The notes under the pieces: generated by a model
The model's database searches: none
What the model saw: only the letters and a program-made list of their open reading frames with translations
Told to the model about the DNA's origin: nothing
Translations under genes and position numbers: made by a program
Shown: in pieces, positions 1 to 12,400 of the stretch
Position numbering within the stretch: the first letter of the stretch is position 1
Layout of the letters: the number at the start of each line of letters is the position of its first letter
DNA from: Setoptus koraiensis
Lineage: Eukaryota > Animalia > Arthropoda
Direction: 5' to 3'
Assembly: GCA_048013815.1 (NCBI GenBank)
Contig: CM106585.1
Location: forward strand, 1,798,001 to 1,862,000
Length of the DNA stretch: 64,000 nucleotides

Positions 1-986
1 CAATCTCAGTCTGACATCGGCAACTAATTTTTCTTGAAATATCATGGCCAATAAACCTGTTGCAAAGTCTAGTGCCAAAATAGCCAATATAAGAAATATA
101 TACTGAGCAAATTGATTATGTTTGAATAGTAGGTTATTTGTTCGTTTCATTTACAAGCAACAATGGCAACGAAAGGAGAAAAAGTGAAACTGATTAGTAT
201 AATCGTGAACAACAATCATGTAACAACCATTCGACCCGATCATACAATAGTAAACTAATCTCTTGTATTTCTCTTGTGCGAATGTCGAATGCTTACCAGA
301 CCCACAATCCACCTATTGTTTTTGACTAGTGCAGTGCAACCACAACAACCAACTAATATTGTAGCGCTACCAAGTATTATGAATGACCATGATAATAATT
401 GGAATAGGGAAAGCTTTGAGTTTGGCTCAAATACTAACAAATTAGATAGATTGAATCTACTATCCTCAACTAAAAATAAGATGCCCCAAGTTCCGATTGC
501 AAAACCTGAACACTAGAGGTAAGATGATTTTGAAAGAAGAAACGGAAATATTTTTATGTAAGCTTTCATAGTTTAAAAATGATTAATTTGATGTTAGCTT
601 CGTTTGTGTTGATGTAAGGTTGTTGCTGATGTTGAAATTACCCAAAATAGAAGATTAGTCAAGAAGAGAAAGAACTTGGCACACTTTCCGCCGCATCCCA
701 AACTCAATTGATCAGCCTGTAGCAATGTTGATTGTGATTTATCAAGAGGTCTCTTGCTGTTTGTATTATTGTTTTGCTTGCTGTGATTACCACCACTGCC
801 CTTGATGGTATTTGTCTTCGAGTGGGCCGCCGGATGTATCGGTGATTTTCTGTACGTTTGACTGGCAGTGAAATCGCTGATATTATTATTATTATTATTG
901 TTCACTGATGAATACTGGTGGTAAGATGAGGGTGGATTCTTGTGGGCAGCCTGGTAGACGTGCTGCGATTGATTTTTGTGATACAT
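1..986 (-). CDS. Tetraspanin, 5' part (CD151/Tsp74F-like); exons 986-642, 512-297, 102-1, continues off the left edge
   Basis: Spliced translation gives CGGKCAKFFLFLTNLLFW|CSGFAIGTWG...ILVGCCGCTALVKNNRWIVGL|YIFLILAILALDFATGLLAMIFQEK, i.e. TM1-TM3 with the GCCG motif of tetraspanins. All junctions are GT-AG and in phase. ~95-aa low-complexity N-terminal tail. Confidence 0.9.
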
Positions 987-1139
987 CGCTACCTAGAGAA
1001 TGCTTGAGAATATTACAATCAAGTTCTCTGTGGGTTGTCTGATCCGATCTTTATGATATTGTTGGACTGGAAAAAAACACAACGAACAGTTAACAAGTAG
1101 TCTGATTGTCTGATTGGAAAACACAACCCAGTGTAGGTA

Positions 1140-2850
1140 TTGTGGAGCATCTCAATCAGCAGTGCTTAATGATTCTTGAGGATCTGGTCAATCAAATGTA
1201 TACATTATGCGGCTACTTTTGGAGTAGTTCATCTAACGCTTTTTGATGTATATTCGTTGATGGCGGACCTTTTTTGCGGAGAAAAGTTTCAAATTATTAT
1301 TGTTGAGAATAATGAAGAAAACAGTTTGAGTAATGAGACAACAAAACTAGGGAATGGTCAAGCTAAAACTCTGTACTATCATGCTGTGCTTGTTAAGTAT
1401 CAAGAAACTGTTGTTGTGATTCAAACGATCTAACTTGACGCGATATCAACTGACTAGAAAACCTATCTGTAACGTATTGTATGTTGAGACTTATTATGGT
1501 TTATTATGTTGCATAACTGAAACTTGGTCAAACACAAACTAAAAGATATAACTAGAAATGAGCGAATGAATGACCAGTACAGGGCCAACTTGAGCCAAAA
1601 GTTGTATATAAAATATATATCTAACATGTAGCTGTTTACTGTGTACGTTGAATAGACATTGGCCAGTTTGTTCAAGATAAAGTATATTTGAATAAAAACT
1701 ACAATCACGCATGCATAAAATGACACCGTTGATAACGGCAACAACAACAGCGACAGCGAGAACGTTACAACAACGACAGAATGTAACATTGTCCGCATTA
1801 CATAACACTGAAATTTTTCATTGCATCCACCTGGATAGGCAACGGTTGGATTTGCAGAGAGTGACAGAGAATTTGAGTGATGGACTTTTGCAACGACAAC
1901 TTGATCTGGAATAAAGTTTTGAGTAATACACTCGACCGACTTCGCTCCTTCTCTCTTTCTCTCTCTCTCCCCTAGACCAACAGTATAACATCAGCTCTTG
2001 AGCCGAGCTGTCACATCAAATCCCCAATTTAGAAGTGGTGGTACTATATGCAACGAATATGGTAGAGCTTAACTAGTGGAGAGCGTTGTGCGCCGAAATT
2101 TGTCCACTTTGTAATCTGTTTAGGGCGTCATTTAATATCGAGCAAATTCATTAGGTCATGTAACATAACACTTATGACAGCCAGTTGCAGCAAGCTTTAA
2201 TTATCTGTCTAGCACTTCCCATGTGACATTCTGCCAAATAAAGCCGCTAAACTTAGAAAGGATGACATTCTCTCTAGATTATGTAACACCAAATATTGCT
2301 CAGATTGTTGTTGCATGTAAACCTCAAATATAAAACTAGCTCATATACAACACGAGGGAATATAGTTAACATCATGTACATCAGGGTGCTGTAGTTTGGC
2401 CCAGCTAGTTTCAGTAACAGGAAGAGCCAGCATTATTATCGTTATTATAATGACTGGCTTATCAATAAAAGATATAGGTAATTTCATATAAACTCAGATT
2501 CATCAGTTAATGGTGAAAAGAATCCTTGCCAAGGGTTTCATTTATTATATGTCCATCTTGTTCGATGGATGGTGCGAGCTGAACCATTAATTTGCCGGAT
2601 ACATTGCGGACATTTACGTACATTTGTAGGATTAGTATCAGTGAGAAATCATCGGCCAGCTACATGGATTATATGTTAATTAATGTTCACATTATATATA
2701 CGCTTGGCCCTAGAAATCTGGCTTGCTTACAAATGGTCGCTTTTCAACTTGATGTTTCAGCCGCACGATGGAGCGTATTCCATCATTGGGGTCCGATCGA
2801 TCAATACACGGCATCAGAGTCGATGCTTGATTGGTGCTCGTTTTCGTAGT
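1140..2850 (-). pseudogene. Degenerate, internally deleted ABCC remnant (TMD1 to start of NBD2); boundaries approximate
   Basis: Colinear motifs versus the intact ABCC or family consensus: GIRSIVRLKHQVEKRPF (AMRVIKMYVWEEPF), MNLSLY (INMALF), MMLTIFPRVVYEL (LMTLFFPYGVAQL), RENVILSK (RDNVLFGK), VLDR*LKL (ALDRDIQL), FSSQLISRQVRSFESQQQFLDT*QAQHDSTEF (FSHLATSLNGLSTIRAFGVEDTFERKFDDYQDLHSSAWF), INEYT (IKEYS), QILKNH (PVLKNL). Stops and frameshifts present. Confidence 0.6.
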
Positions 2851-2896
2851 AAATTTTATTTAGGATAGTTTACATTGGACACTGTGCACGTCTGGA

Positions 2897-5193
2897 TCAA
2901 GACTGTTCATTGTTTTTGTTGTTTTTCTGCTTTTCAGACTCTTCGATCGTGTCAGCAACATCCAAATTCTTGGTTTCAGTCACTAACGATGCCAGACACA
3001 CAGCTAATACAATTGATACACTAACTAACAAAATACCATAATTCAGCTGACCACCAATCAACTGAATTGCCATTGGACAGAATGGTGCAATCATTCCTCC
3101 AAACGATATAGCTGTCATGATTATCGAAGCGCCTCTATTTCTGAGTTCGGTGGGAAACACTTCGAAAGCGACCAGAAAAAGGACAACATTTGCCGTAAGA
3201 CAAGACAATTTGGCTAAGCCATCAACGAACACTGCCAATGTGAACCATTCAATTAATACATCTGTTGTGGCTCTGAGAATAGAATCCAACAGGCACATGA
3301 CACCGGTGAGAAAAGTGTAAAAAGCCAAACAGGTTGTTCTTTTGAATAGCAGCATGGAGCCAACGGATATAGCAAGGCACAGCGTTTCGCTCGCTCCCGA
3401 TGCTGCAAAATTGGCGAAGATTGATTTCTTATTGGTGGAAAAATGCATTGTTCTACTATAGTTGATGTAGATATTAAATAGAGTTGCCAGCCATAGTGTT
3501 ACCAAATTGAGACAAAATAAAGGTCGCTTGAATAAGTCCAACATTGAGGTTTGATTATTCCGGTGCTGCAAAAACAGTAGGCAATAAACAAATAATGATA
3601 TATCGAGAGAGTTAGTGTCATGATTGGATAAATTGAGCCAAAACAAAAACATTGTTCAGTGAGTACCTTTGATGATTCTTGTAGGCCATCGGACATGAGA
3701 TAAGACTCTATTTGCCTGTGGAAATCATCTCTCGAATCATGCTTGATAAAGTTGAACTTGGCCGCCCGTTCGATCTCTTTTCGTGCCTCCTCGTATCTTC
3801 CGTTCACTTTGAGCCACCTTATCGATTCTGGCAAAATCAGTAGCCATGGCAAACTTGAATTTGATAAAGAAAAATTGTCCATGAATCTGTTACTACTTTG
3901 TTCATTCGGCTCAAATTGTGTGAGCAAATGTAGCGAAGATGATTGATTTATAAGATACCTTATGAGCAACATAAACGGGTTTATGGCTGCAAGATAGCGC
4001 CAATTATTTGTAGCTAACCCAATGAAGGCTAAAGACATTATGCCAGAGCCCTGTGTGTTGTTGTTGCGGAAATAAATAGATTTGCTTTGGTGTCTAGGCA
4101 AACATAACTGTTTTACTCCAATCATCAGTTTTCAAATTATTTAGTATCAATATTTACCCATCCCAGAGTGTTGGCAGTAGTGGCATAGGTCCTATACTTG
4201 GTGCTAATCATTTCCACTTCTGCATATTAGATTGGTGAAATCAAATGACAATTATTCGTATCGATGGCATTGATCACAAAGTTATGCCATCTAATTTGAA
4301 GCTGAACTCACGGATGGTGCTCAAAACGCGATAGCCAACTGAGCTGAAGGCCGCCGCAAATCTAAACAGTATAAGCAAGTTAATCGATGGCGAAACCAAA
4401 CTAGCTGCGCTGAATACTAATGCCATTACGTGACACAAACTGTGTGATTTCCAGCGACCAAATCTGTCAGCGAAATATCCCCAAAATATGTTACCGAACA
4501 TCATGCCGAGAAAGTAGCTGGCCATCACTAACGAGCCAAGAATCTTCAGATCGCACACTAGATTATACTGATGATATAATGTAATTAATAAATAGACGTT
4601 GTCTCACATGAGCAATACTAAACAATGTTATGGCGTATCCGAAGAAAATCTCTCATTACCTCAACTGTTAGCGTTGACTCCACATCTTTGTCGGGAAATT
4701 TCCATTTTTGGCAGGGCAAAGTGTTGGAACTGTTGTCATTTGAGTAGTTGCACCTGTCAACATACGAGCACATTATGTACGAATCGATCAATCATGAGAC
4801 GATGAAAATAAGAGTGAATAAGTAGATTTGCAATAATAGTGACCGCATTATCAAACACCTTACCGTTCTTCGTTGTCTCGCGATAGGAACGGTGAGACAC
4901 ATTGAAAATCTATCTCTGAGGGAAGTGCCAGCGAAAGAGCAACGCCATCAATGGCCAGTGTTCCTTCTCTCAAAAAACTAAACAGCATGAGATTCAATTG
5001 ATATGGTCCAAAGTGACCTAAACAAAAACATAACGGACACACAAATATACATTACAGTTTAGCAAGCGTTACTCTTGTTCAGCTGACGACACCTCTGAAA
5101 AGTTACATCCACTACGGAGGTTTGGTTACCTATCAAGTCACTGAGATCTTTTTTTGTGACCGTTTCCTTTTTATTCTTTTCTTCGTTCTTCAT
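2897..5193 (-). CDS. SLC22 / organic cation transporter-like MFS protein, ~525 aa; exons 5193-5130, 5017-4864, 4753-4660, 4567-4312, 4219-4158, 4050-3959, 3853-3667, 3565-2897
   Basis: DLIG|HFGPYQ, E|YNLVCD, GYFADRFGRWKS, LPESIRWL and FEVFPTELRNRG are SLC22 hallmark motifs. Seven GT-AG introns join the exons in phase (1578 nt). Confidence 0.9.
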
Positions 5194-5509
5194 TGTTGCA
5201 TGTGACTTGCTGTTCCACTGACAATAGCTACGATTATCTTGTGTGATGGGCTGTAACTTTTCTAAACTAAACTATATTATAACATGTTATATTAATGTAA
5301 AATAAATCAATCAGCAATAGCAGGCTCCAACTCGGCTCCACATGAGGATTGTCGCACACAATAGGACAAGCCAGTTGTCACATCGTCCTCCAGTAAAGAG
5401 TCTACAACGACCAAAGAGATCAAACTATCCTCTTGTATCATCCTAGATAATCCAGTGATTATCATTAGTACTACATTAGATAATAAACATTTTTTTTATA
5501 TACGCAACG

Positions 5510-6000
5510 CATAGAAGTTAATTGATACAAACTAATTGTTACTGTCAACATAGAATAGCTAGCTAAGAGATATATGCCACACTTTTGCTTGTTCAGTCAG
5601 CGTTGGCGGAGCCAGATCAATATTGGATTTATTGTAAACAATTAGATGGAATGGGAGCAGTGATACTGGAACACACATGCCTACACAAATTGCATCAATT
5701 CAATGGGCAAGCAATATTTTTCTACTTTCATGTATCGTGAATTAGCCTTATTTTTAGCTATTGGGCCATCCCAATCTAGCTCGCAATTGGATTAGTCATA
5801 TGGAGCACGGTCATGTTGGTTCATTGTACTGGGTGTTAACATTATACAAAGTAAAAGCGCAAGTTTATCAACATGCATTCCATAAATTTTTGCAAAATCA
5901 TTAACAAAGTTTGTATTACTATTAATGACAAAAATCAGCGCCGATTGGCCGATGGTGCACTCGCGAAATCTTTGGCCCCCTTCCGGTCCCTCGCAACGGA
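5510..6000 (-). pseudogene. Degenerate ABCC NBD2 remnant
   Basis: Colinear: VARDRKGAK (VGRTGAGK), KIYGMHVDKLAL (VIDGIDTKTLGL), DGPIAKN (NGPVRRN), ILIW/SANAD (ILILDEATANVD; DNA gccaacgctga vs gccaacgttga), LTVTISLYQLTSM (CTVLTIAHRLNTIM). Confidence 0.65.
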
Positions 6001-6423
6001 CTGTGACAGAGGCCAGCTTATGATATCACAGAGCGAGCGTTTTTTGGACAATATTATGTTAGTTATGCACGACTGCTGTCGTGATGAAGGTGTGAGTAAA
6101 GTGCACTGTCGTTATTGTTTTTTCATTTTGTATCTTTATTTATATTTTGCTTGTTTTCTTGTATCAAATAATTATTATTCGACTGTTATTATCATCATTA
6201 TTATTTGTATTATGAATATTGTCGGCCTGAGCCCAATGATACTATATATATTTATAAGAGTGTGTGTTTAATAAATGATATCATCTGATTTTTTTTCTCT
6301 TCTTCTTCTTCTTCATATTCATATTCGTGTTTCGTGTAATTAGTGGTGTGTTATAACCTCCATTCCATCTATTTATCTATCTATCTATCTATCCTGTATG
6401 TACGAATGTGTTATAATTCATTG

Positions 6424-9400
6424 TTATTCATCATCATCTAGGAGCCTTGGACAGATAATATCCTGCAATAGTGAACTACACTGAGCGATATTGTCGTCCA
6501 AGAAACTCTCGTGGTTGCCCTTGAGCGTACAAGCGTCTACTCTTCCTCGAACAATCTGTATCGCGTCGGATATATCATGAATGTGTATTTGTATTTATGG
6601 GAGAGAGAGAGAGAGGGACATTTGTTATAGTTATATTGTTATGCAGTTATATGTATATAGTTTATGGCAAATGGCGAGCGCCATCAATATACTCTATCAG
6701 TAGTATGCTCACCTTGCTTAGACCGTAATCGTCGTCTGTTTGTGAATCCTTATTAGTTGTAATGTAAACCTCTGAGGCACGAATGAGCGTTACGTCACCC
6801 TTGTATTCCGATTGAACTGTATAATTAAGCATAATTTGGAATCGTCGACAGAAGGCCTCCATGGCTGTTGCTAGCGCGTCAATGTCTTCTTTTATCTTTA
6901 ATCCTAGCGACTTTGTTAATAGATCAACGGAAAACAATAGTTTTTGTTCATTTGTTTTCTGTAATAATATCTGTTTCTTCAATTGGACATAATCAAAGCG
7001 TGAATGTTGCATTAAATATACTGTCATAACTTCAGCAACTCGTTCACATTCGTCGTCTTTGTCCTCCATACGCTGAATCAAATATCTGACACCAATGTTA
7101 ATTTGATGTGGCGAACCATCTAATAATACTAATTTGCCCGGTTTCATCAATACTGGCGTATCATATTTACGTTGTTGTATAATAACCATAATCTCATAGG
7201 CCATGGCAGCACCAAACGAGTAACCAACCAAATCGACCTGTCGTAATTGTGGATAATTTTGTCTAATAATATCAACATGAACCTGTGCAGCTAACGGAAC
7301 CTCTTGAATGCTTGCCATACGTTTAGTCCAATTAATGCCTATGCATGGCCTATGTAGTTTTTTGCTAATTAAACTTAAACGACTAAAATCACCTTGTATG
7401 GGCGGTATAAAGAATATTGGATTTCCAGATAATTTGATACCATTATCACCATTCAATAATAATAAATCTTCACTAGGCAAAGCCAACGGGGCTCGCATGG
7501 CCAATTGTTTATCAATGCTATAATGGCGTTCGCCAGTGGACCGATTTATCTGGCACGTCATGCCGGGCACCTTTAGTGATATATGGTCTGGCAGAACGAG
7601 GTCTGGTGAGTCGTGTAGAGATTGTCTCGCTGTTTGTGTATCGCTGGCTTGCTGTTGTTGTTTGCTTGTTGGCACAGTTGTTGTGTCCTGTTGTTGTTGT
7701 TGCTGTTGTTGTTGTTTGTCGCTGTCCGGCGCGCCAGATCCGCCGCTTGTTTGGGCCACATAGTTTTGCAGGGGGCTCGGGGCCACCTTTCCGCCCAAAT
7801 GATCGGCCTTCACATTGGAGTGCTCGCCCGCCTGCTGGCCGGGCAACAGACCCAGCTCGTCGGTGACGGGCACGCCGCCTATGGCGCCACTTTCGCCACT
7901 TCCGGCCTCGTCTTTCTTCTTAATGCCGCCCTCGCCTATTTCTCTGATGCGATTTATAGTGAGCGCTCTAATGTCCTGAACGGTCAACACAACATCGTAT
8001 TCGCGCTCAAGCGCATTCTTAATCTCGACAGCCATTAGACTGTCCAGACCGAGCTCGCCAAGCGTACAATTTGGATCTACGGTACTGGGATCTTTGATAC
8101 CCAGCACGTGCAATATTGTCTTAACTAAGTCGCCCTTTTTACCCGTGCTAAACGATCGTCTGTCAGCCTGGATGATGCTCAAACAAACACTAAATGGACT
8201 AGTGAGAAATTTGGACAATGTTGCAAAACACGATGGCATTCTCTGCGGTATGGTGCCCCCTATGACGGCATCGTTGCCGCCCAAATTCTCGAACGCAACA
8301 CCAACGTCGCCTATGGCGCCCCACTGAATGGCAAGACCGTGCAAGCCGTCGCGACGACGCAATTCACATATGCGCTCCATAACGGAATTTGCGTAACCGT
8401 AATTGGCCTGGCCTGGGTTGCCCTTGCCGCACGATACCGACGAAAAGGCAACAAACAATGGCAGATTTGGTGCAAGTTTTCGCGTCACCTTGTCCAGCGC
8501 CAGCACGCCCTGGCATTTGGGCGCGCAAACGGTGTCAAAATCTGGGGCGCTCATATTCTCAAACATTTTGTCTTTGAGCACCATGGCCAAATTGAAGATG
8601 CCGCCCAACGGACCTAGCTGGCTGGCTTGCTCCAACAGTTTAGTGGCGCCCTCTTCTGTAGTGTTGTCCTGGGTACTAATGACCACTTGTATGTTGTTTT
8701 CGCGCAAGCGCTCCACAACCAGCGATTGGTAGCCCGTCTTGACGCCGCTACGCGACGTCAGCACAATCTTGCGGGCCCCATTTGCGCACACCCACTTGCA
8801 CAGCTCCAGACCGAAGCCGCCCAGACCGCCCGTGATGATGTAAGACAGTTGGTTGTCAAACATTGCCCTGGGTATCGAGTCCATGAACAGGGGCGTGGGG
8901 CGCACCTTTTTGTACTTGACTGCTTGCTGTTTTGTCGTTTGGTCGTCAATTGCGGCGCCGCTAGAAGGCGCCACGGGTATCGTGTCAATCTCCTCGTCGC
9001 GGATCTTTATCACCACCTTGCCGATGTGCTTGCCTGAGGCCATGAACCGGAAGGCGTCCTCGATTTGGTCGCGCTCGAATATTGTCCGTCTGATAGGTTT
9101 TATGAAGCCCTTCTCGAGCCCGTCCTCGATGATCCACGACAGACGTGCCTTGGCCTCCTCCATGGTGGCGTTCATCGTTTGCGTGTCAAACAGTTTGTCC
9201 AACAAAATTCCGTGATACGTTTTGTTTGTGTCCAACAATAGTAACTCTACTGGGTTGTTCAATGCCATGTCGTATTTGCCTATTTCCAGGAAGCGCCCCC
9301 CATCGGCCAGGCACCGCACTGACGCTTGTAGCTTGTCCTCGGACAGCGAATTCAGCACCAGATCCACGCCGCGCCCCTTAGTGGCGCGCATAATATCCGT

Positions 9401-12400
9401 TTCGAACGTAATGTCGCGCGAATTGAATATGTGCGCATCGGTCAATTGTGAGAATTCCTCCTTCAAAAATTCACGCTTTTCCTTGTTGCCCACTGTGGTG
9501 TACACGGTCAGTCCGTAATGTAGCGCCAGCCTAATGGCCGCCTGACCCACCCCACCGGAACCCGAATGAACTAGAATGGATTCGCCCGCTTTCACCTTGC
9601 CGCGGTACACGAGCGCCATAACAACGGTGTAATACACGCACGGTATTGTTGCGGCCTCCTCCAGCGACATATAATCGGGCACCTTGAAACTGATACACTC
9701 CTTCTCTAAATACTGAGCCGCGGTACAAATACCCCGACCGGGCAACATGCCCGCCACTCGGGTTCCGTCTTGCTCGCGACCGGCATACTCCAGACCCAAA
9801 ATACAATCGCTCAACGCAATGCTAACGGGCAACGCGTCCAACGGCAATCGGCCTGAGGCCAGCATAATGTCACGGAAATTCAACGACGAATAATACACAG
9901 TGATGAGGCTCTTCTCTTTCTCCTCTTTGGGCACGTACTTGTAAGGGGCCTCGTACCATTTGAACGACGACAGGTCGCCTCTAGTGCCCACGTTCACGTA
10001 CGATTCGCAGGTTCGCACCTTGAGATTGTCCAGATATTCATTAATGGTGAAGTGTCTGTACGAGCCGTACTGGCCCGATTCGTCAATACAATTGTATGCC
10101 ATGTCCAATTTAATAAGCTCTTTCACTTTGTCATCCAGCGTTAGCGGGTCCACTCTGGCCAGCACAGGCTGCTCATCCTCTGGCTCCTGTTCCGCTGACA
10201 CTTCCGGTTCCGGCTCTTTGGTTGTCTCATTGTCTGATTTGTTGTCGCTTGCTGTCGTTTGTTCACCTGTTGCGTCGCCCTCTTTGGCGCTGCTGTCCTC
10301 TTTTGGCTCTGGGGGGCCTTTTATCACTTGTTTGGGGTAAGGTGGCAAATTGGTGTCGTTCAATAGTGTCTTGCCCATGTCAAATAGACAACGGATGCGC
10401 TCGCCGCCTGGCTCGCGACGCAAACAATTCACCATACCTATGAGACCATTTAAGTTGGTATCTTTGGCCAGCAGCCAAATGTTTTTGTTTTGTGTTTCCG
10501 TGGATTGTTTGCCACTAATGTCCTTCAATGATTTCTTCAATGGCTCTACCCAATTTGAGTAATAATCGTGCTGCAAATTGAAGACGGTTTGATCCTCTAT
10601 TTTGAGACTATCATCACATTTTCTAAATAACATAATAGAACAACCGAACGGGTCAGACTTTTGACTCAACAATGTCATTTTAGCTTTCTCACTGGCCAAT
10701 AGTATAGATTGGATACGTTCGTTGGTTTGTTTCACCTCATAATCGGCCACCTTCCACAGAAATTTCTCTGCGGGCGACAAGCTGCTTCTACAGAACACTA
10801 TGAGAAAACCGTTTGGTCTTAGCGATTCGTTGACATTGTCAAATATGGTGCACAAGTCCTCGTCTAAAATCTCTTCAATTTCGCTTGTTTTGCCCGTTTC
10901 CTCATTGACAACATCGCGCGTTCTCTTGCTTAAAAATTGATCCTTTCTCGTGGCGTAACACGAACTGTCACTGTACAAAACCAAATCTATATCTTGCAAT
11001 TCGCGCGCTAGCGTCTTGCTAGCGGGCGACCAAGTGTACAATTTTGTGTCGGCCGGCAAACTGCCGCTAGACAACGAGCCAGTGTTTGGGTGGCCCAAAA
11101 AGTAATTGATTGACACGTTTGGCATCACTTCGCCAGTTATGTTGGCTATGGGATCGTATTTGAGCGCATCGCCCGAATTCAGCTCTAATAGTTTAACCTT
11201 TTGCGACACAATGTTCTCGAAGGCCACCTCTATGATGGGCCTGAGTAGACGTTCGCGCGCGAACGCCGAACTCAACAGATCGTGGCCCAATTTGGGCCGG
11301 GCCGTCTCGAATTCTTGCTTCACCACCTTGTCAAAGTCCTCTTGTAGTTCCTGAATGGATCGTAGTACCGGATTTGGAATTCTGTTTCGCTTGGGCGCCG
11401 CTGCCGGCTCGCCCGACTGCTCCGACTGAGATTGTTTGTCTGACGCGTCCGCGGGCTCCGCGCTTGTTGCCGGTGCGCCGCTGTCCGACGACGCCGACTG
11501 CTTGCCGTCAGCAACGTATTTAACCGTGTTGTTGTTGTTGTTGTTTGTCGTTGTTGACGGCTTGTTGACCACCGCCGATGAGCTCGCTGTTGCGCCGCCG
11601 TCCGCCTGCCCAACAACTTCCGTTATGACAACGTTCCCTTCAACTTGCTCGTCCAATTTTGGCGTCACGGGGGCCTCTTGTGAGGCCAGTATGCGATCCA
11701 GTGCTTGCAACAAAATGTGATGCTCGCTAGATTCTGTGTCGTCGAGATATTTGCGCAAATTGACGTCGTCCACAAGCCGAAAACCGTTCATTACGGCCAC
11801 TATTTGCGATTGGCTCTGTTTCAAATTGGACAATATCTTGTAGGCGGCCGTTGAGCACATCTCCATATATTGTTCAACTTTTGTGTTTTGTGCCACACTG
11901 AATATGTCGTCAATGTTTTGTTCCATGTGCTTCACAAACTGATAGGCCTCAGTTTGGGGTTCCTGTTGTAAGCGACGCGGTGCGGGACTGGCGCCCACGC
12001 CGCGCATCTCAATACCGTCCGTGACAATGATGCCCGTAGTGAGCTCGCAATAGGCGTCCATAATGCACGGCTCGTCGCTTGCCTTGGAGCGTTCAATTTT
12101 TTCATTCAACAATCGGGGATTAATGCGCATATATTCAAATTTGGTGGGCAAAAACAGTGCCGATGTCTTCTTGCAAATGGCCAAAAACAGCGATTGCAAC
12201 ACCGAATCGGAGAAGGGTATAAATTGTCCTGTCCATTTCACCTGAACGTGCAGTCCGTCCGACGATGCTTGCACGATGTTTCTGAATGTTTCGCCGTAGT
12301 CGTAGCCGCAAACACGGAATTGTTTGTACACGTCGTCCGTCTTCAACGACATGTCCTTGTTCAAGAACGACGGATCGTTACGTAACGACTCGTATTGCAA

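Noticed and set aside
2510-2849. Possible spliced + strand gene (MVKRILAKG... joined to ORF 2592-2849)
   Set aside because: Needs a weak gtgcga donor and a ~57-nt intron; the region is better explained as the antisense of an ABCC remnant.
5873-6271. 132-aa + strand ORF
   Set aside because: First half is antisense to the NBD2 remnant, second half is AT-rich low-complexity FAS 3' flank.
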